A stretch of 64,000 nt of DNA from an uncultured virus (IMG/VR IMGVR_UViG_3300036719_003654) (IMGVR_UViG_3300036719_003654), one strand, 5' to 3'. Shown: positions 9,208 through 17,410, counted from the first letter of the stretch. Numbers and translations are program-made. Notes: generated by a model from the letters alone, not told the origin.

Positions 9208-9803
9208 GGTGTTGGCTCTCCAATCCGGCATTCAGCCGTGTAAAGGTGTTCAAGGGACTCGAAGCGTGGGAGCGTTTCGCAGGGTGTAGCAAATGCGCTG
9301 TCCACACTCAGTACGCGGTTGTTTGGGACTGCTGCAAACCAGCCTGCCTCGACCTGGAGAACGTGGAGCTGTTTGTGCTGCTCGAAGTCGTTCGCCAGTG
9401 CGTTGCCTTCGAAATCCAATGTGAAGAGGTAGCGGGCGGCAAGGCGTTCGGGGTGTCCTTCGATCTGGCGCACGTTGAGCAGTTCAGCGTTGCCCCGCTT
9501 CCACAGGGCGAACTCGTGGACGCAGAAGGTCGAGGAGAACGTATCCCAAGGCTGGATCAATTCGGTGTCTGGCAGAGGGCACGGTTTCCAGCAGAGCGCC
9601 TGGATTGGTAAACAGAACATCGCTCCAGCCATTTCCGGCTCATCGAACCTCACTTGGAACTGGAGGCTGGCTGCTTCCTGGCAACGTATCCCCAGGATGT
9701 GGGCCTGAAGGTACTCGCCTTTCCGGCTTTGATGGTTCTGCGTGAACTCGGCGCGGACTAAGCAGCGGACGATTGAGGGCGTGTCGGAGAGAATGAAGGG
9801 CAT
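9204..9803 (-). CDS. Conserved phage hypothetical protein
   Basis: GAMFCLPIQAL...QPWDTFS...YLFTLDF...QHKQLH...PNNR pattern; ATGA coupling. Confidence 0.75.
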   Translation of the reverse strand: MPFILSDTPSIVRCLVRAEFTQNHQSRKGEYLQAHILGIRCQEAASLQFQVRFDEPEMAGAMFCLPIQALCWKPCPLPDTELIQPWDTFSSTFCVHEFALWKRGNAELLNVRQIEGHPERLAARYLFTLDFEGNALANDFEQHKQLHVLQVEAGWFAAVPNNRVLSVDSAFATPCETLPRFESLEHLYTAECRIGEPTP

Positions 9804-9821
9804 GGCGTTGGGCTTCGGTGG

Positions 9822-10190
9822 TCACTTGATGAAGGGTTGGAGTTTGGTGAGGGCTGCCTGCATCTGTGCCAACACGTCAAGCGTGTCGTCACGAGTACCC
9901 CGAACGAAGATTTGGAGTTTTATGGCGTTGCTTGCCTCTTTGATCGCCTCGCGCATCTTGGACAGTTCAGAAGGCTCGTGGTCTCGCAGAAACTTGTCCG
10001 TTTCGTCTTGGGCGTTCACCTCGTCGTCGCGTATTTCCAGAAGGAGTTCGCGGGCATCGTCTTTCCATCTGGCGAGGTCGTCGCGCTCACGTTCCAGTTT
10101 TTCCATTTTTTCGCGCAATTCAAAGCTCCATGCTCCTTTGGAGGCCATAATCGCGGCCTGAGTTTCTGGTGTTGGTCTTGTGTCGCTCAT
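9822..10190 (-). CDS. Coiled-coil hypothetical protein
   Basis: TPET...LERERD motif; coupled to the upstream gene. Confidence 0.65.
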   Translation of the reverse strand: MSDTRPTPETQAAIMASKGAWSFELREKMEKLERERDDLARWKDDARELLLEIRDDEVNAQDETDKFLRDHEPSELSKMREAIKEASNAIKLQIFVRGTRDDTLDVLAQMQAALTKLQPFIK

Positions 10191-10447
10191 GATTTCTTGG
10201 TGCTGAGTTGTTTCTTCCGCTCGGACTCGCTCCACTGCGCCATCCACATGAAGCACACGTCACGCGGATCTTTGCGCTTGAACGAATTGCGAAAGCCTGG
10301 GTTGGTTTTCCAATGGTGGCGCAGGCGGACGCAGAGCCGGGTCTGTTCGTCGCGGTCACGGGTTGCCCGACTGGCGATGACTTCCGGCACCAGATCGGGC
10401 AGGGCTTTGTCGATGTCAGGGTTGAGGTACTTGGATTTGGTTTTCAT
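10187..10447 (-). CDS. Hypothetical protein
   Basis: Preceded by the recurrent AAAACCCCGCGCC-ATG leader. Confidence 0.65.
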   Translation of the reverse strand: MKTKSKYLNPDIDKALPDLVPEVIASRATRDRDEQTRLCVRLRHHWKTNPGFRNSFKRKDPRDVCFMWMAQWSESERKKQLSTKKS

Positions 10448-10459
10448 GGCGCGGGGTTT

Positions 10460-10633
10460 TTAGGCGTTCGGGTATAGCAGCGAGCTGCTGCCGTTTTGCT
10501 CGTACTCGCGGGTTTCCGGGTTGCGCCAGAAATAAAGCCACATCCCGCCCTTGCGAATGGCGGTCTCTCCGCTGGCGAGCGTTTTGTACGCGGTAACTCC
10601 GAACTTTTGCAGTATGTCTTCAACAGTTTTCAT
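10460..10633 (-). CDS. Hypothetical 57-aa protein (not in the ORF track)
   Basis: MKTVEDILQKFGV...YPNA*, directly after a repeated promoter. Confidence 0.6.
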   Translation of the reverse strand: MKTVEDILQKFGVTAYKTLASGETAIRKGGMWLYFWRNPETREYEQNGSSSLLYPNA

Positions 10634-10673
10634 GGGCGTGGGGTTTTAAGGGTGAATTTTCATCGTGTCAAGC
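10625..10673 (-). promoter_or_regulatory. Sigma70-like promoter cassette, copy 1
   Basis: TTGACA-N17-TAAAAC-N9-ATG; 48 of 49 nt identical to 11869-11917. Confidence 0.75.
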
Positions 10674-10829
10674 TGGTATGTGAAAGTCATTTCACAAACC
10701 GTGCATCCGTGCAAGGCTCGGTCAGGTTGGTCGTTTGGTTGCGTTTGAGGGTGGCGAGCTTGAGCCGCCAGTGCTGGCGTTTGTCGGTCACACGGTCAGC
10801 CGGGCGGACGAGTCGCGGGGTTTTGGGTT

Positions 10830-11192
10830 TCATGGTGTCGTCAGGTTGAGAATGCGTTGAGTGATGCACGAGGCCAAGCCTCGCGCCTCCATCTCGGTTT
10901 TGCGGTTGCCTTGCCCGTCGAAATTCCATTTTCCATTGTGCGGGTTGCAGTCCACTTGCGTCCGGGCTTTGGTTGGGTCTGCAAATCGACCCATGACGGA
11001 CAAGAAACGCAGCGTGTCCCGGCCAGTGCCGAACGCCTTCTGCGCGTGGCAGGTGTAAGGCCCGACCATGGTTTGCACGGTGTACTCTTCCTCGCCGTAT
11101 GGGTTGGCAACGGGAGCGATGCCACGGGCGGCGAAGTCTTGCCTGATCTGGTCAAGAAAAGCCTCGTGGACTGCTTTGGTGTTGGTCTTCAT
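10830..11192 (-). CDS. Hypothetical protein
   Basis: MKTNTK...CNPHNGKWNF. Confidence 0.65.
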   Translation of the reverse strand: MKTNTKAVHEAFLDQIRQDFAARGIAPVANPYGEEEYTVQTMVGPYTCHAQKAFGTGRDTLRFLSVMGRFADPTKARTQVDCNPHNGKWNFDGQGNRKTEMEARGLASCITQRILNLTTP

Positions 11193-11369
11193 GGGGTTTA
11201 GAGAGGCAGTCCGTTGGAATCGCATTCGCGCACGTCGAGAAGTGTTGAGCCGGGGCGGTCCCAGGCTCGCCAGACATGCGCGGCGGAGACGCCGGGCAGG
11301 GTGATGGTGTAGCGGTTGGTTTCGATGCGGTAGGTGATGAGGAAACGGGCTTTCATGGGCGCGGGGTTT

Positions 11370-11684
11370 TTAGAAGGAGTACCCGGCTTTGATGAGCGCG
11401 GCCTTGGCGGCGTGCATTGCGTAATGGACTTTGGTGTTGCCTGTTCCTGACTCAGGGTGCCCAGCAAGCATGTTTTCAATCTCTTCCAATGCTTTCGCCA
11501 TGTCGGGGGCGGCGGCGATGAATTGAATGTTGGGCTTGTACGTCGGCAACAAATTGCCCTGCACGCGGCAGATGACCATGGCAGACTTCCCTCGTGGGGA
11601 GTCTTCGACGGTGCCTGCGATTATGGATCCGGGAAACTCGTGTGCGACGTTCCATTCTCCAGAGGTGATGTTTGGTCTTTTCAT
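11370..11684 (-). CDS. Hypothetical protein (TPGPW...IAAAPD family), paralog of 13959-14276
   Basis: MKRPNITSGEW...IAAAPDM...KAGYSF versus MKKPNITPGPW...IAALPDL...KAGYEF. Confidence 0.7.
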   Translation of the reverse strand: MKRPNITSGEWNVAHEFPGSIIAGTVEDSPRGKSAMVICRVQGNLLPTYKPNIQFIAAAPDMAKALEEIENMLAGHPESGTGNTKVHYAMHAAKAALIKAGYSF

Positions 11685-11697
11685 GGGCGTAGAGGTT

Positions 11698-11877
11698 TTA
11701 GGCGACGGTGTGTCTCGTTTGTTCAAGGCTGCGCACGAATGTGTTTTTGTCCGCACGTCGGCGGAAGGTCTGGAGATCGAAAAAGGGGCTGCCGTCTTTG
11801 TGGAATTTGGTGCCTCCGTGGAAGGAAACGGAATGCCGGGTTTTGCCGATGGGCGGGTTGTCTCGAAAAGTTTTCAT
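11698..11877 (-). CDS. Hypothetical 59-aa protein (not in the ORF track)
   Basis: VSFHGGTKFHKDGSPFFDLQTF; follows the promoter cassette. Confidence 0.65.
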   Translation of the reverse strand: MKTFRDNPPIGKTRHSVSFHGGTKFHKDGSPFFDLQTFRRRADKNTFVRSLEQTRHTVA

Positions 11878-11917
11878 GGGCGCGGGGTTTTAAGGGTGAA
11901 TTTTCATCGTGTCAAGC
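11869..11917 (-). promoter_or_regulatory. Sigma70-like promoter cassette, copy 2
   Basis: Near-identical to 10625-10673; the spacer contains the palindrome TGAA-AA-TTCA. Confidence 0.75.
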
Positions 11918-11977
11918 GCACAATCCAAAACTCGGCGGCCCCTGGCTATGGGGCGGGCGGGTTCTGGCTTGCGGGCT

Positions 11978-12460
11978 TTAGCTGCGGACGTAGTAGCTTT
12001 CACCTTGGTACTCGACCGTGGAGTAGTCCTGTTGCAGTTGCTCGGCGGCTTCAGTCCAGTCGATGCAGGTGAAAGGCCATGTGGCCTCGCGAACTGCTTT
12101 CCCGTGGATGACCTCGGCCATCTCGCGGGCGTAATCCTCGAAATCACTTTCGGGGATCATCGTCTCACCGTGCATGAACTCGCTGATCTCGTTTTCGAGG
12201 GTTTCGAGTTCGTCCAGCTCGGCTTTCTCGTCGTCGCTGAAGTCGGACTCGGCGATTTCAAGATTGCTCTCTGCGTCTGTCACTCCTTCGCTGGCAATCT
12301 CCAGCGCGGCCTCGCTCGCCTCATCTTCGGGGGTTTCCTCCAATGCTGCCAGCTCGCCTTTCTTTCCCTCCAGTTCCTCGCGTGCCGTGGTGACGGCATC
12401 GCGGAGTTCTTCGAGTTTGCATTTACGCTTGTACAGGTCGCGGGTGTATAGTGTTTTCAT
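11978..12460 (-). CDS. Highly acidic protein, ArdA-like C-terminus (candidate anti-restriction DNA mimic)
   Basis: Very Glu/Asp-rich; FEDYAREMAE...WPFTCIDWTEAAEQLQQDY. Confidence 0.55.
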   Translation of the reverse strand: MKTLYTRDLYKRKCKLEELRDAVTTAREELEGKKGELAALEETPEDEASEAALEIASEGVTDAESNLEIAESDFSDDEKAELDELETLENEISEFMHGETMIPESDFEDYAREMAEVIHGKAVREATWPFTCIDWTEAAEQLQQDYSTVEYQGESYYVRS

Positions 12461-12484
12461 ATTGTCTTGGTCGTTTGGTTTGTT

Positions 12485-12543
12485 GCGTCACTCTGCATTT
12501 GTCCGGGCTTGTGACCGGCGCACCGTTGCGGCTGCATTAACGC
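12485..12543 (-). ncRNA. Twister self-cleaving ribozyme, type P1
   Basis: GCGU-UAA-UGCA-GC-CGCA(ACGG)UGCG-CCGG-UCACAAGC-CCGG-ACAAA-UGCA-GAGUG-ACGC: P1-P4 plus both pseudoknots (CAC/GUG, GC/GC); intergenic and in the sense of the operon. Confidence 0.9.
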
Positions 12544-12556
12544 CCGAGGGCGGTTT

Positions 12557-13015
12557 TTAGTTGATCTCCTGCAACTGCTCAAGCTCGGCCCCGGTGAAGA
12601 AGGCGCGCAGCCGTTTGGCGAAGGCCGAACAGCGGCGGAACGTCTGGAGTGATTTGATGCTGTCCGACTCGTACCCGTATTCCGCGCAGAAGTCCGCGAA
12701 GGTTTCCGGCGTGTACGCATCGCCCGAGATGCAGGCGAGCACAGAATACGCGGAGACGGTTTGAATGCCTTTCTCCGCGTCTGCGATGCTTGACCAGAAG
12801 TCGAAGGTCAGGCGGTTTGAAGCGCAGACGTTGCCGGTATGTTCTGGAGTGCCTGCTTTGCCCTTGCTAAGCGTCACACGGTAGTGATGGCCGTGCTTGC
12901 CGTTGTCTCCCCACGCTGGCGCTTTGGTGTCGCTCAGCGTGGCGCGGAACTTGATCTCGTTGGAGGTCAAGAACTGCTCCGCTTGGGTGTCGTATTCGTT
13001 TGGTGTCGTTTTCAT
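12557..13015 (-). CDS. Conserved phage hypothetical protein
   Basis: YSVLACI...TFADFCAEYGYESDS. Confidence 0.75.
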   Translation of the reverse strand: MKTTPNEYDTQAEQFLTSNEIKFRATLSDTKAPAWGDNGKHGHHYRVTLSKGKAGTPEHTGNVCASNRLTFDFWSSIADAEKGIQTVSAYSVLACISGDAYTPETFADFCAEYGYESDSIKSLQTFRRCSAFAKRLRAFFTGAELEQLQEIN

Positions 13016-13101
13016 ATGTTTTGCTTTTGACGTTTTGCGGGTGTCTCCCCCGTTGGTTTCTCTGTCTGCCAGCGTCCACCGCTGGAAATTGATTGCGCGG
13101 G

Positions 13102-13129
13102 TATATAGTTTAAATGCTCACAGTGTCAA
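13102..13129 (-). promoter_or_regulatory. Sigma70-like promoter (CACTGT family)
   Basis: TTGACACTGTGAGCATTTAAACTATATA; related to the promoters near 13751-13778 and 16713-16741. Confidence 0.6.
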
Positions 13130-13727
13130 TCACTTCAAGGCAAAAGTTCATTGCCAGCAGGCGCGACTTTTTCAGATTGTCTGGCCCGGCTTCGATGTAC
13201 GCCGCGAGTTCTTCGGGCGTGCCTTGGAAGCAGCCGCAGAAAAACCTCTTGGCTTCTCCAATGGTTGCCAGCGTGAGCATTCGCCCGCACTCGCCGTGCC
13301 CGGTGAAAGCGACTTGCGCGAATTGCAAACCCCGGTTTTCGGAGAGGTTCGCGCCGGAGAGGTTCGCGCTGCGGAGGTTCGCGCTGCGGAGGTTCGCGCC
13401 GCAGAGGTTCGCGCTGCGGAGGTTCGCGCCGTAGAGGTTCGCGCCGCAGAGGTTCGCGCCGTAGAGGTTCGCGCCGTAGAGGTTCGCGCCGTAGAGGTTC
13501 GCGCCGGAGAGGTTCGCGCTGCGGAGGTCCGCGCCGTAGAGGTTCGCGCCGGAGAGGTTCGCGCTGCGGAGGTACGCGCCGTAGAGGTTCGCGCCGGAGA
13601 GGTTCGCGCTGCGGAGGTCCGCGCCGTAGAGGTTCGCGCCGCAGAGGTTCGCGCGTTTTCCGGCGGGGTCATTTACCAACCAAAGGGAATGTAAACGCAG
13701 GGTTTCTTTGATTTGTTCGGTGTTCAT
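13110..13727 (-). CDS. Pentapeptide-repeat protein with DUF5758-like C-terminus
   Basis: About 20 A(N/D)Lxx repeats followed by FFCGCFQGTPEEL. Confidence 0.9.
   Translation of the reverse strand: MNTEQIKETLRLHSLWLVNDPAGKRANLCGANLYGADLRSANLSGANLYGAYLRSANLSGANLYGADLRSANLSGANLYGANLYGANLYGANLCGANLYGANLRSANLCGANLRSANLRSANLSGANLSENRGLQFAQVAFTGHGECGRMLTLATIGEAKRFFCGCFQGTPEELAAYIEAGPDNLKKSRLLAMNFCLEVIDTVSI
13341..13654. repeat. 15-nt coding tandem repeat
   Basis: Units such as GAGGTTCGCGCCGTA encode the pentapeptides. Confidence 0.9.
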
Positions 13728-13735
13728 GGTGTCGA

Positions 13736-13756
13736 ATATATATATATATATATATA
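13736..13756. repeat. (AT)10A microsatellite in the promoter/leader
   Basis: 21 alternating A/T bases between TTGACA (13773-13778, minus) and the ATG at 13727. Confidence 0.9.
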
Positions 13757-13774
13757 GGTTAAAAATTCACAGTG

Positions 13775-13924
13775 TCAAGCCGGGAATGCGATTTTGATCC
13801 AGACAAACCCCGCCACCATGGCGAGCGCGAGACACGCGGCCCATGTGCGCAACGCCTTTGCCCTGCGTCTGCGGGTTGCTACTTGGGCGTAATGGTGGCG
13901 GAGTTTGTGAGGATCTGCGTTCAT
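13775..13924 (-). CDS. Small membrane protein, 49 aa (not in the ORF track)
   Basis: Basic RRRRAK followed by the hydrophobic WAACLALAMVAGFVWI. Confidence 0.55.
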   Translation of the reverse strand: MNADPHKLRHHYAQVATRRRRAKALRTWAACLALAMVAGFVWIKIAFPA

Positions 13925-13958
13925 GGCGGTGGTTGCTGGTTTTTGGCGGGGTGGGTTT

Positions 13959-14276
13959 TTAGGGGAACTCGTATCCGGCTTTGGCGAGTGCGTCTCTTGC
14001 TGTTTGCGTGTCGTATTCCATCCGTCCAGCTTCTCGCTGGTGGTCGTTTGCGCATTCCAGCAGGCTTAAAGCTGCTCCCAATGCCGCCAGCAAGTCGGGG
14101 AGCGCGGCGATTGCCTGCGCATCCGCGTTCAAAATGCGCGTGTCGCGTGAACTATCGACAAGGCAAATGCTGGCCCCGCCGTTTTCCCATGAGCGGGATA
14201 TGCCTATTTCCTGCTCTCCGTTTGCGGCGTTGGATTCTTTGCGCCACGGCCCCGGCGTGATGTTTGGTTTCTTCAT
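13959..14276 (-). CDS. Hypothetical protein (TPGPW family)
   Basis: MKKPNITPGPW...ADAQAIAALPDLL. Confidence 0.7.
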   Translation of the reverse strand: MKKPNITPGPWRKESNAANGEQEIGISRSWENGGASICLVDSSRDTRILNADAQAIAALPDLLAALGAALSLLECANDHQREAGRMEYDTQTARDALAKAGYEFP

Positions 14277-14279
14277 GGT

Positions 14280-14356
14280 GTTTCTGGTTTGTTGTTTCGC
14301 GGCTTTGTAGCTCACGCATGGCGGCACCCTCGCGGATGCCGTCAAGCGCGGTCTAG
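14280..14356 (-). repeat. Intergenic hairpin cassette, copy A
   Basis: TAGACCGCGC-[stem, GCGA loop]-GCGTGAGCTACAAAGC...GAAACAACAAACCAGAAA. Confidence 0.85.
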
Positions 14357-15294
14357 GCGGTTTGCAGTTCCTTTTTCTGACTGATCTTCCGCGCCACGTT
14401 GAGCGCGAGCATGGCGGCGGATGGGTTGCCCGTGCGGATGAGTTGCGGCAGTGTGGCAGAGTCGGCGATGCCATGCGCCGCTTGGAATGCGGCAATGCCG
14501 GGCGAGCAATAGCCGAGTCGGCGGGCATCTTCGATGGTTGCCACGGCGGAGCCACAGAGCCGGGCAATCAGTCGTGCCCGGCGCTCCACCTTGCCAGCGG
14601 CACGGGCGAGTTTTTGCTCGCGCGCGTGTATAGCCAGCTTGCGGGCAAACCCAGCCTGCGCATCCGCTGCCGATTTGGTGGAGTGATAGCAGAGCGCCGC
14701 GTTGCCCACGATCCAGCCTTTTTGGCTCACTATCTGCTTGCCGCTGGTTTTCACCCACACGGCGGAGCTGTCCGCGTACAGGGCAATCAGGTGCAAACCT
14801 TCGCGGGCGGAGCACTGGCGCAGGGCTTCCGACTCAACCAAAAGGATAGATCCTTCTGGCGTGAGTTTGACCGTGTGGCTTGCGTCCGTTTTGCTGTACT
14901 TGCATTGACGGCTGTACTGATCCCCTTTGTCCGTGTTGGTGAACGCGCACGGCTCGACCCCCCAGGATGCGCGGTAAGTCGTGTGTCCGCTGTAGTCTCC
15001 GCCCATCTGCGCGGCTTTTTTGCCGATTTCCAGCGCGATACGGGCAGCAGTTTCCGCCGTCTCGCGCCGGGCTTTTGGGAGCGCGGTAAAGGTGGCGGCG
15101 GCTTTTTCACTCTCAACCTTGCAACGGCGAGCCGCTGAAAGGGTGCACGGGTTAATCAGCGCAGGCACTATTGTCCCGGTGATGATTTGGTCGAGTTCCC
15201 GTTGCGCCGTTTGACGGGCGGCAACGGCTTTATCCTCGGTATTCTTGACAGCGAGCAACTTTTTAAGGTCGAGCACTTTCGTTTCGGTTTTCAT
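14353..15294 (-). CDS. Basic Ala-rich hypothetical protein
   Basis: 313-aa ORF bounded by cassettes; DARRLGYCSPGI motif. Confidence 0.75.
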   Translation of the reverse strand: MKTETKVLDLKKLLAVKNTEDKAVAARQTAQRELDQIITGTIVPALINPCTLSAARRCKVESEKAAATFTALPKARRETAETAARIALEIGKKAAQMGGDYSGHTTYRASWGVEPCAFTNTDKGDQYSRQCKYSKTDASHTVKLTPEGSILLVESEALRQCSAREGLHLIALYADSSAVWVKTSGKQIVSQKGWIVGNAALCYHSTKSAADAQAGFARKLAIHAREQKLARAAGKVERRARLIARLCGSAVATIEDARRLGYCSPGIAAFQAAHGIADSATLPQLIRTGNPSAAMLALNVARKISQKKELQTA

Positions 15295-15298
15295 ATCG

Positions 15299-15381
15299 TG
15301 TTTTCTGGTTTGTTGTTTCGTGCGCTTTGTAGCTCACGCTTGCGCCCTCCCTTTTGCAGGGAGGACGCGGGCGCGGTCTAG
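15299..15381 (-). repeat. Intergenic hairpin cassette, copy B
   Basis: TAGACCGCGC-CC-GCGTCCTCCC(TGCAAAA)GGGAGGGCGC-AA-GCGTGAGCTAC. Confidence 0.85.
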
Positions 15382-16001
15382 TAGATTTTTCCATCTGCGG
15401 TGAACTCGTACGCGTTTGCGATGATGTTCTCTGCCACGTTATCGTCGGCGTGGTAATCCTCGTACGCGGCTTCAAGCTGGCGGTAGATCCACCGCATGAA
15501 GTCCTTCGCCGTTTCCGTGATTTCCTTTTCCGCTGCTTCCCATTGATCCGAGGTGGATTTACCTTCCCCGTTGTCTTCATACTCGCCAAGACTGACGGAA
15601 AAGTCCGTACAATTCTCGTGCGAGTAGCGGCCGCAATGCTTGACGGTGAATGAGCTTTCCGGCCATGCTTTCGCAAACTTGGCAAACTCTGCGGCAATGC
15701 GCTTGATTTGCGTTGTTGCTTCGCTTTCGCCCCATCCATCTGCCACAAGCTCCGCTTTGACACTGGCAGCTTTCCAGCTTCCTTCAAAACATGCGCCGTC
15801 GCCTTGACTCCAGAAGCCGGAAAAATAGACGTTACTTATTTCCAGCCCCATTGCTTTTCCTTGCTCTTTCGCAAACGTGCATTCACTCCAAAAGGAGTCC
15901 CCATCTAGGCGACTCGATTCCTTCCACCAGTCGCGGGCTTTTGCTTTTGCCGTGTCTGTCAGTTCCTCGTATTTGAATATCTGGATTTCCTTGGTTCTCA
16001 T
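15378..16001 (-). CDS. Conserved acidic phage early protein
   Basis: YEELTDTAKAKARDW...GFWSQGDGACF...IIANAYEFTADG. Confidence 0.8.
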   Translation of the reverse strand: MRTKEIQIFKYEELTDTAKAKARDWWKESSRLDGDSFWSECTFAKEQGKAMGLEISNVYFSGFWSQGDGACFEGSWKAASVKAELVADGWGESEATTQIKRIAAEFAKFAKAWPESSFTVKHCGRYSHENCTDFSVSLGEYEDNGEGKSTSDQWEAAEKEITETAKDFMRWIYRQLEAAYEDYHADDNVAENIIANAYEFTADGKIY

Positions 16002-16015
16002 ATGTGCGCTTTCTC

Positions 16016-16098
16016 TGTTTTTGGTTCGTTGTTTCGCGGGCTTTGTAGCTCACGCTTGCGCCCTCCCCTTTTGCAGGGAGGACGCGGGCGCGGTCTAG
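16016..16098 (-). repeat. Intergenic hairpin cassette, copy C
   Basis: Near-identical to copy B. Confidence 0.85.
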
Positions 16099-16514
16099 TT
16101 GGATTCCGCCACTTGCGCGGCGTAGGTTTTAGCAGATTCGGCTTCGCAGTGCTTGATGGCTGCAATGATCTGGTTAGAGATGTCCAACTCTGTCGTTTGC
16201 TGACCTAGCTCTTCCAATGCTTCAACGGTCATTTGATTCTCGTATCCGCTGATTTCTGGATTGCTTTCCTCTGGCACGTCGCCAGCCTTTTCCCAGGTTC
16301 CGCCAAGGTACGCGTTACCTTCGATCTCGTCACCGTTGACGATTGCCACGGCTCGCACGTTGCTTTGCCACGCCTGCCAGTCGTCGGGGTTTTCATCTTC
16401 CATGCCATCGCAATACTTGCGGATGTCGGAATGATCGTTGTCGTGCTCCCAGATTGTGTGAATCGAGATTGATGGCGCAATCTGGGCAAGGGCTTTTTGC
16501 AGTTCGGTTTTCAT
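16095..16514 (-). CDS. Acidic hypothetical protein
   Basis: 139 aa, A/C-rich leader, AYLGG motif. Confidence 0.7.
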   Translation of the reverse strand: MKTELQKALAQIAPSISIHTIWEHDNDHSDIRKYCDGMEDENPDDWQAWQSNVRAVAIVNGDEIEGNAYLGGTWEKAGDVPEESNPEISGYENQMTVEALEELGQQTTELDISNQIIAAIKHCEAESAKTYAAQVAESN

Positions 16515-16602
16515 ATTGTGTGCTTTCTGTGTTTCTGGTTTGCTGTGGGCGTTCGCCGCCCGAAAGGTTGCCGGTTTGAGGAGAGCCGGGTTCCATGGGT
16601 TT

Positions 16603-16707
16603 TCAGTGGCACCATTCGAACAGCACTGCCGCGAAAAAGCAGGCGAAGATGATCGTAATGGCGAATTGAATGAAGGCGTGAGGCTCTTGAGGGTCGAGGG
16701 GGTTCAT
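16603..16707 (-). CDS. 34-aa membrane peptide (not in the ORF track)
   Basis: FIQFAITIIFACFFAAVLF; the ATG is 5 nt after a TTGCAC-N17-TATACT promoter. Confidence 0.5.
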   Translation of the reverse strand: MNPLDPQEPHAFIQFAITIIFACFFAAVLFEWCH

Positions 16708-16751
16708 GTGAAAGTATATAGTCTAAATGTTAACAGTGCAAGTCTTTTCTG

Positions 16752-16913
16752 CTATTGTGCGGCTTCCACCCACCATGGGCGGAGCTTGGCCAGTTTTTTG
16801 TCCTCGTGCGTTTTGCGCTCTTGCGCCTCCCGGCGCTCCCGCTCAACGCGGAGCTTGTCAAGAGTCGCCAAGAGGCGTTCCAGTTTATCGGGCTGAACGG
16901 GAGCGGGTTTCAT
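16752..16913 (-). CDS. Hypothetical protein
   Basis: Starts MKPAPVQ after the recurrent AAAAACCCCGCGCCCC leader. Confidence 0.55.
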   Translation of the reverse strand: MKPAPVQPDKLERLLATLDKLRVERERREAQERKTHEDKKLAKLRPWWVEAAQ

Positions 16914-16927
16914 GGGGCGCGGGGTTT

Positions 16928-17122
16928 TTAGATGTTCAAACCTTGGATCTTTTCGGCGCTCACGTAGAGAGCTTGTGACGCCTTTTTCCAAGGTTTCGCG
17001 GTCGCTTTGTCCTGCCATGCCGTTTCGATGTGTTCCACCTTTTCCAATGCCATGAGGTGAAGCGCCATCACCACGTCAAACAGGTTTGAAGCGTCCGTCA
17101 GTTTTTCGATTCGGTGATGCAT
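16928..17122 (-). CDS. Hypothetical protein, first gene of the leftward operon
   Basis: Upstream TTGACA-N17-TAAGGT on the minus strand. Confidence 0.6.
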   Translation of the reverse strand: MHHRIEKLTDASNLFDVVMALHLMALEKVEHIETAWQDKATAKPWKKASQALYVSAEKIQGLNI

Positions 17123-17410
17123 ATCGTTTTACGGGTTGAGGTTGCTTTAACGGACGAACCTTAACAGTGCTTTCTGAGGATGTCAACGGCCAGAAGTATA
17201 TATTTTGTATGTAATCATAGTTAAAGTGTAATTTACCCTGTCTGGCTAGTTAATCTGTACTCCCTTTCCTAGTACAGGAATATTTAAGGTTATAATGAGG
17301 ATAAAAATCGAAGAAAAAGAGAAAGGGAAAAGGGCTTTTAGGGCACGAGTCACAAGTCACGAGGCGAAAGAGTTGACGAATGAGGATAACCCTCATAGTA
17401 TAGAAATCCT
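17123..17410. promoter_or_regulatory. AT-rich divergent control region
   Basis: Strand switch; leftward TTGACA-N17-TAAGGT; rightward TTGACG(17373)-N17-TAGTAT; three CACRAGK heptamers at 17344-17364. Confidence 0.7.

Noticed and set aside
12897..13694. EVRA-repeat and ARTS-repeat ORFs, or a CRISPR-like array
   Set aside because: Alternative frames of the 15-nt pentapeptide repeat; there are no unique spacers.
16540..16596. HDV-like ribozyme resemblance (CUCCUC, GGCAAC, GGCGAA)
   Set aside because: Resolves into two simple hairpins; the nested double pseudoknot cannot be built.
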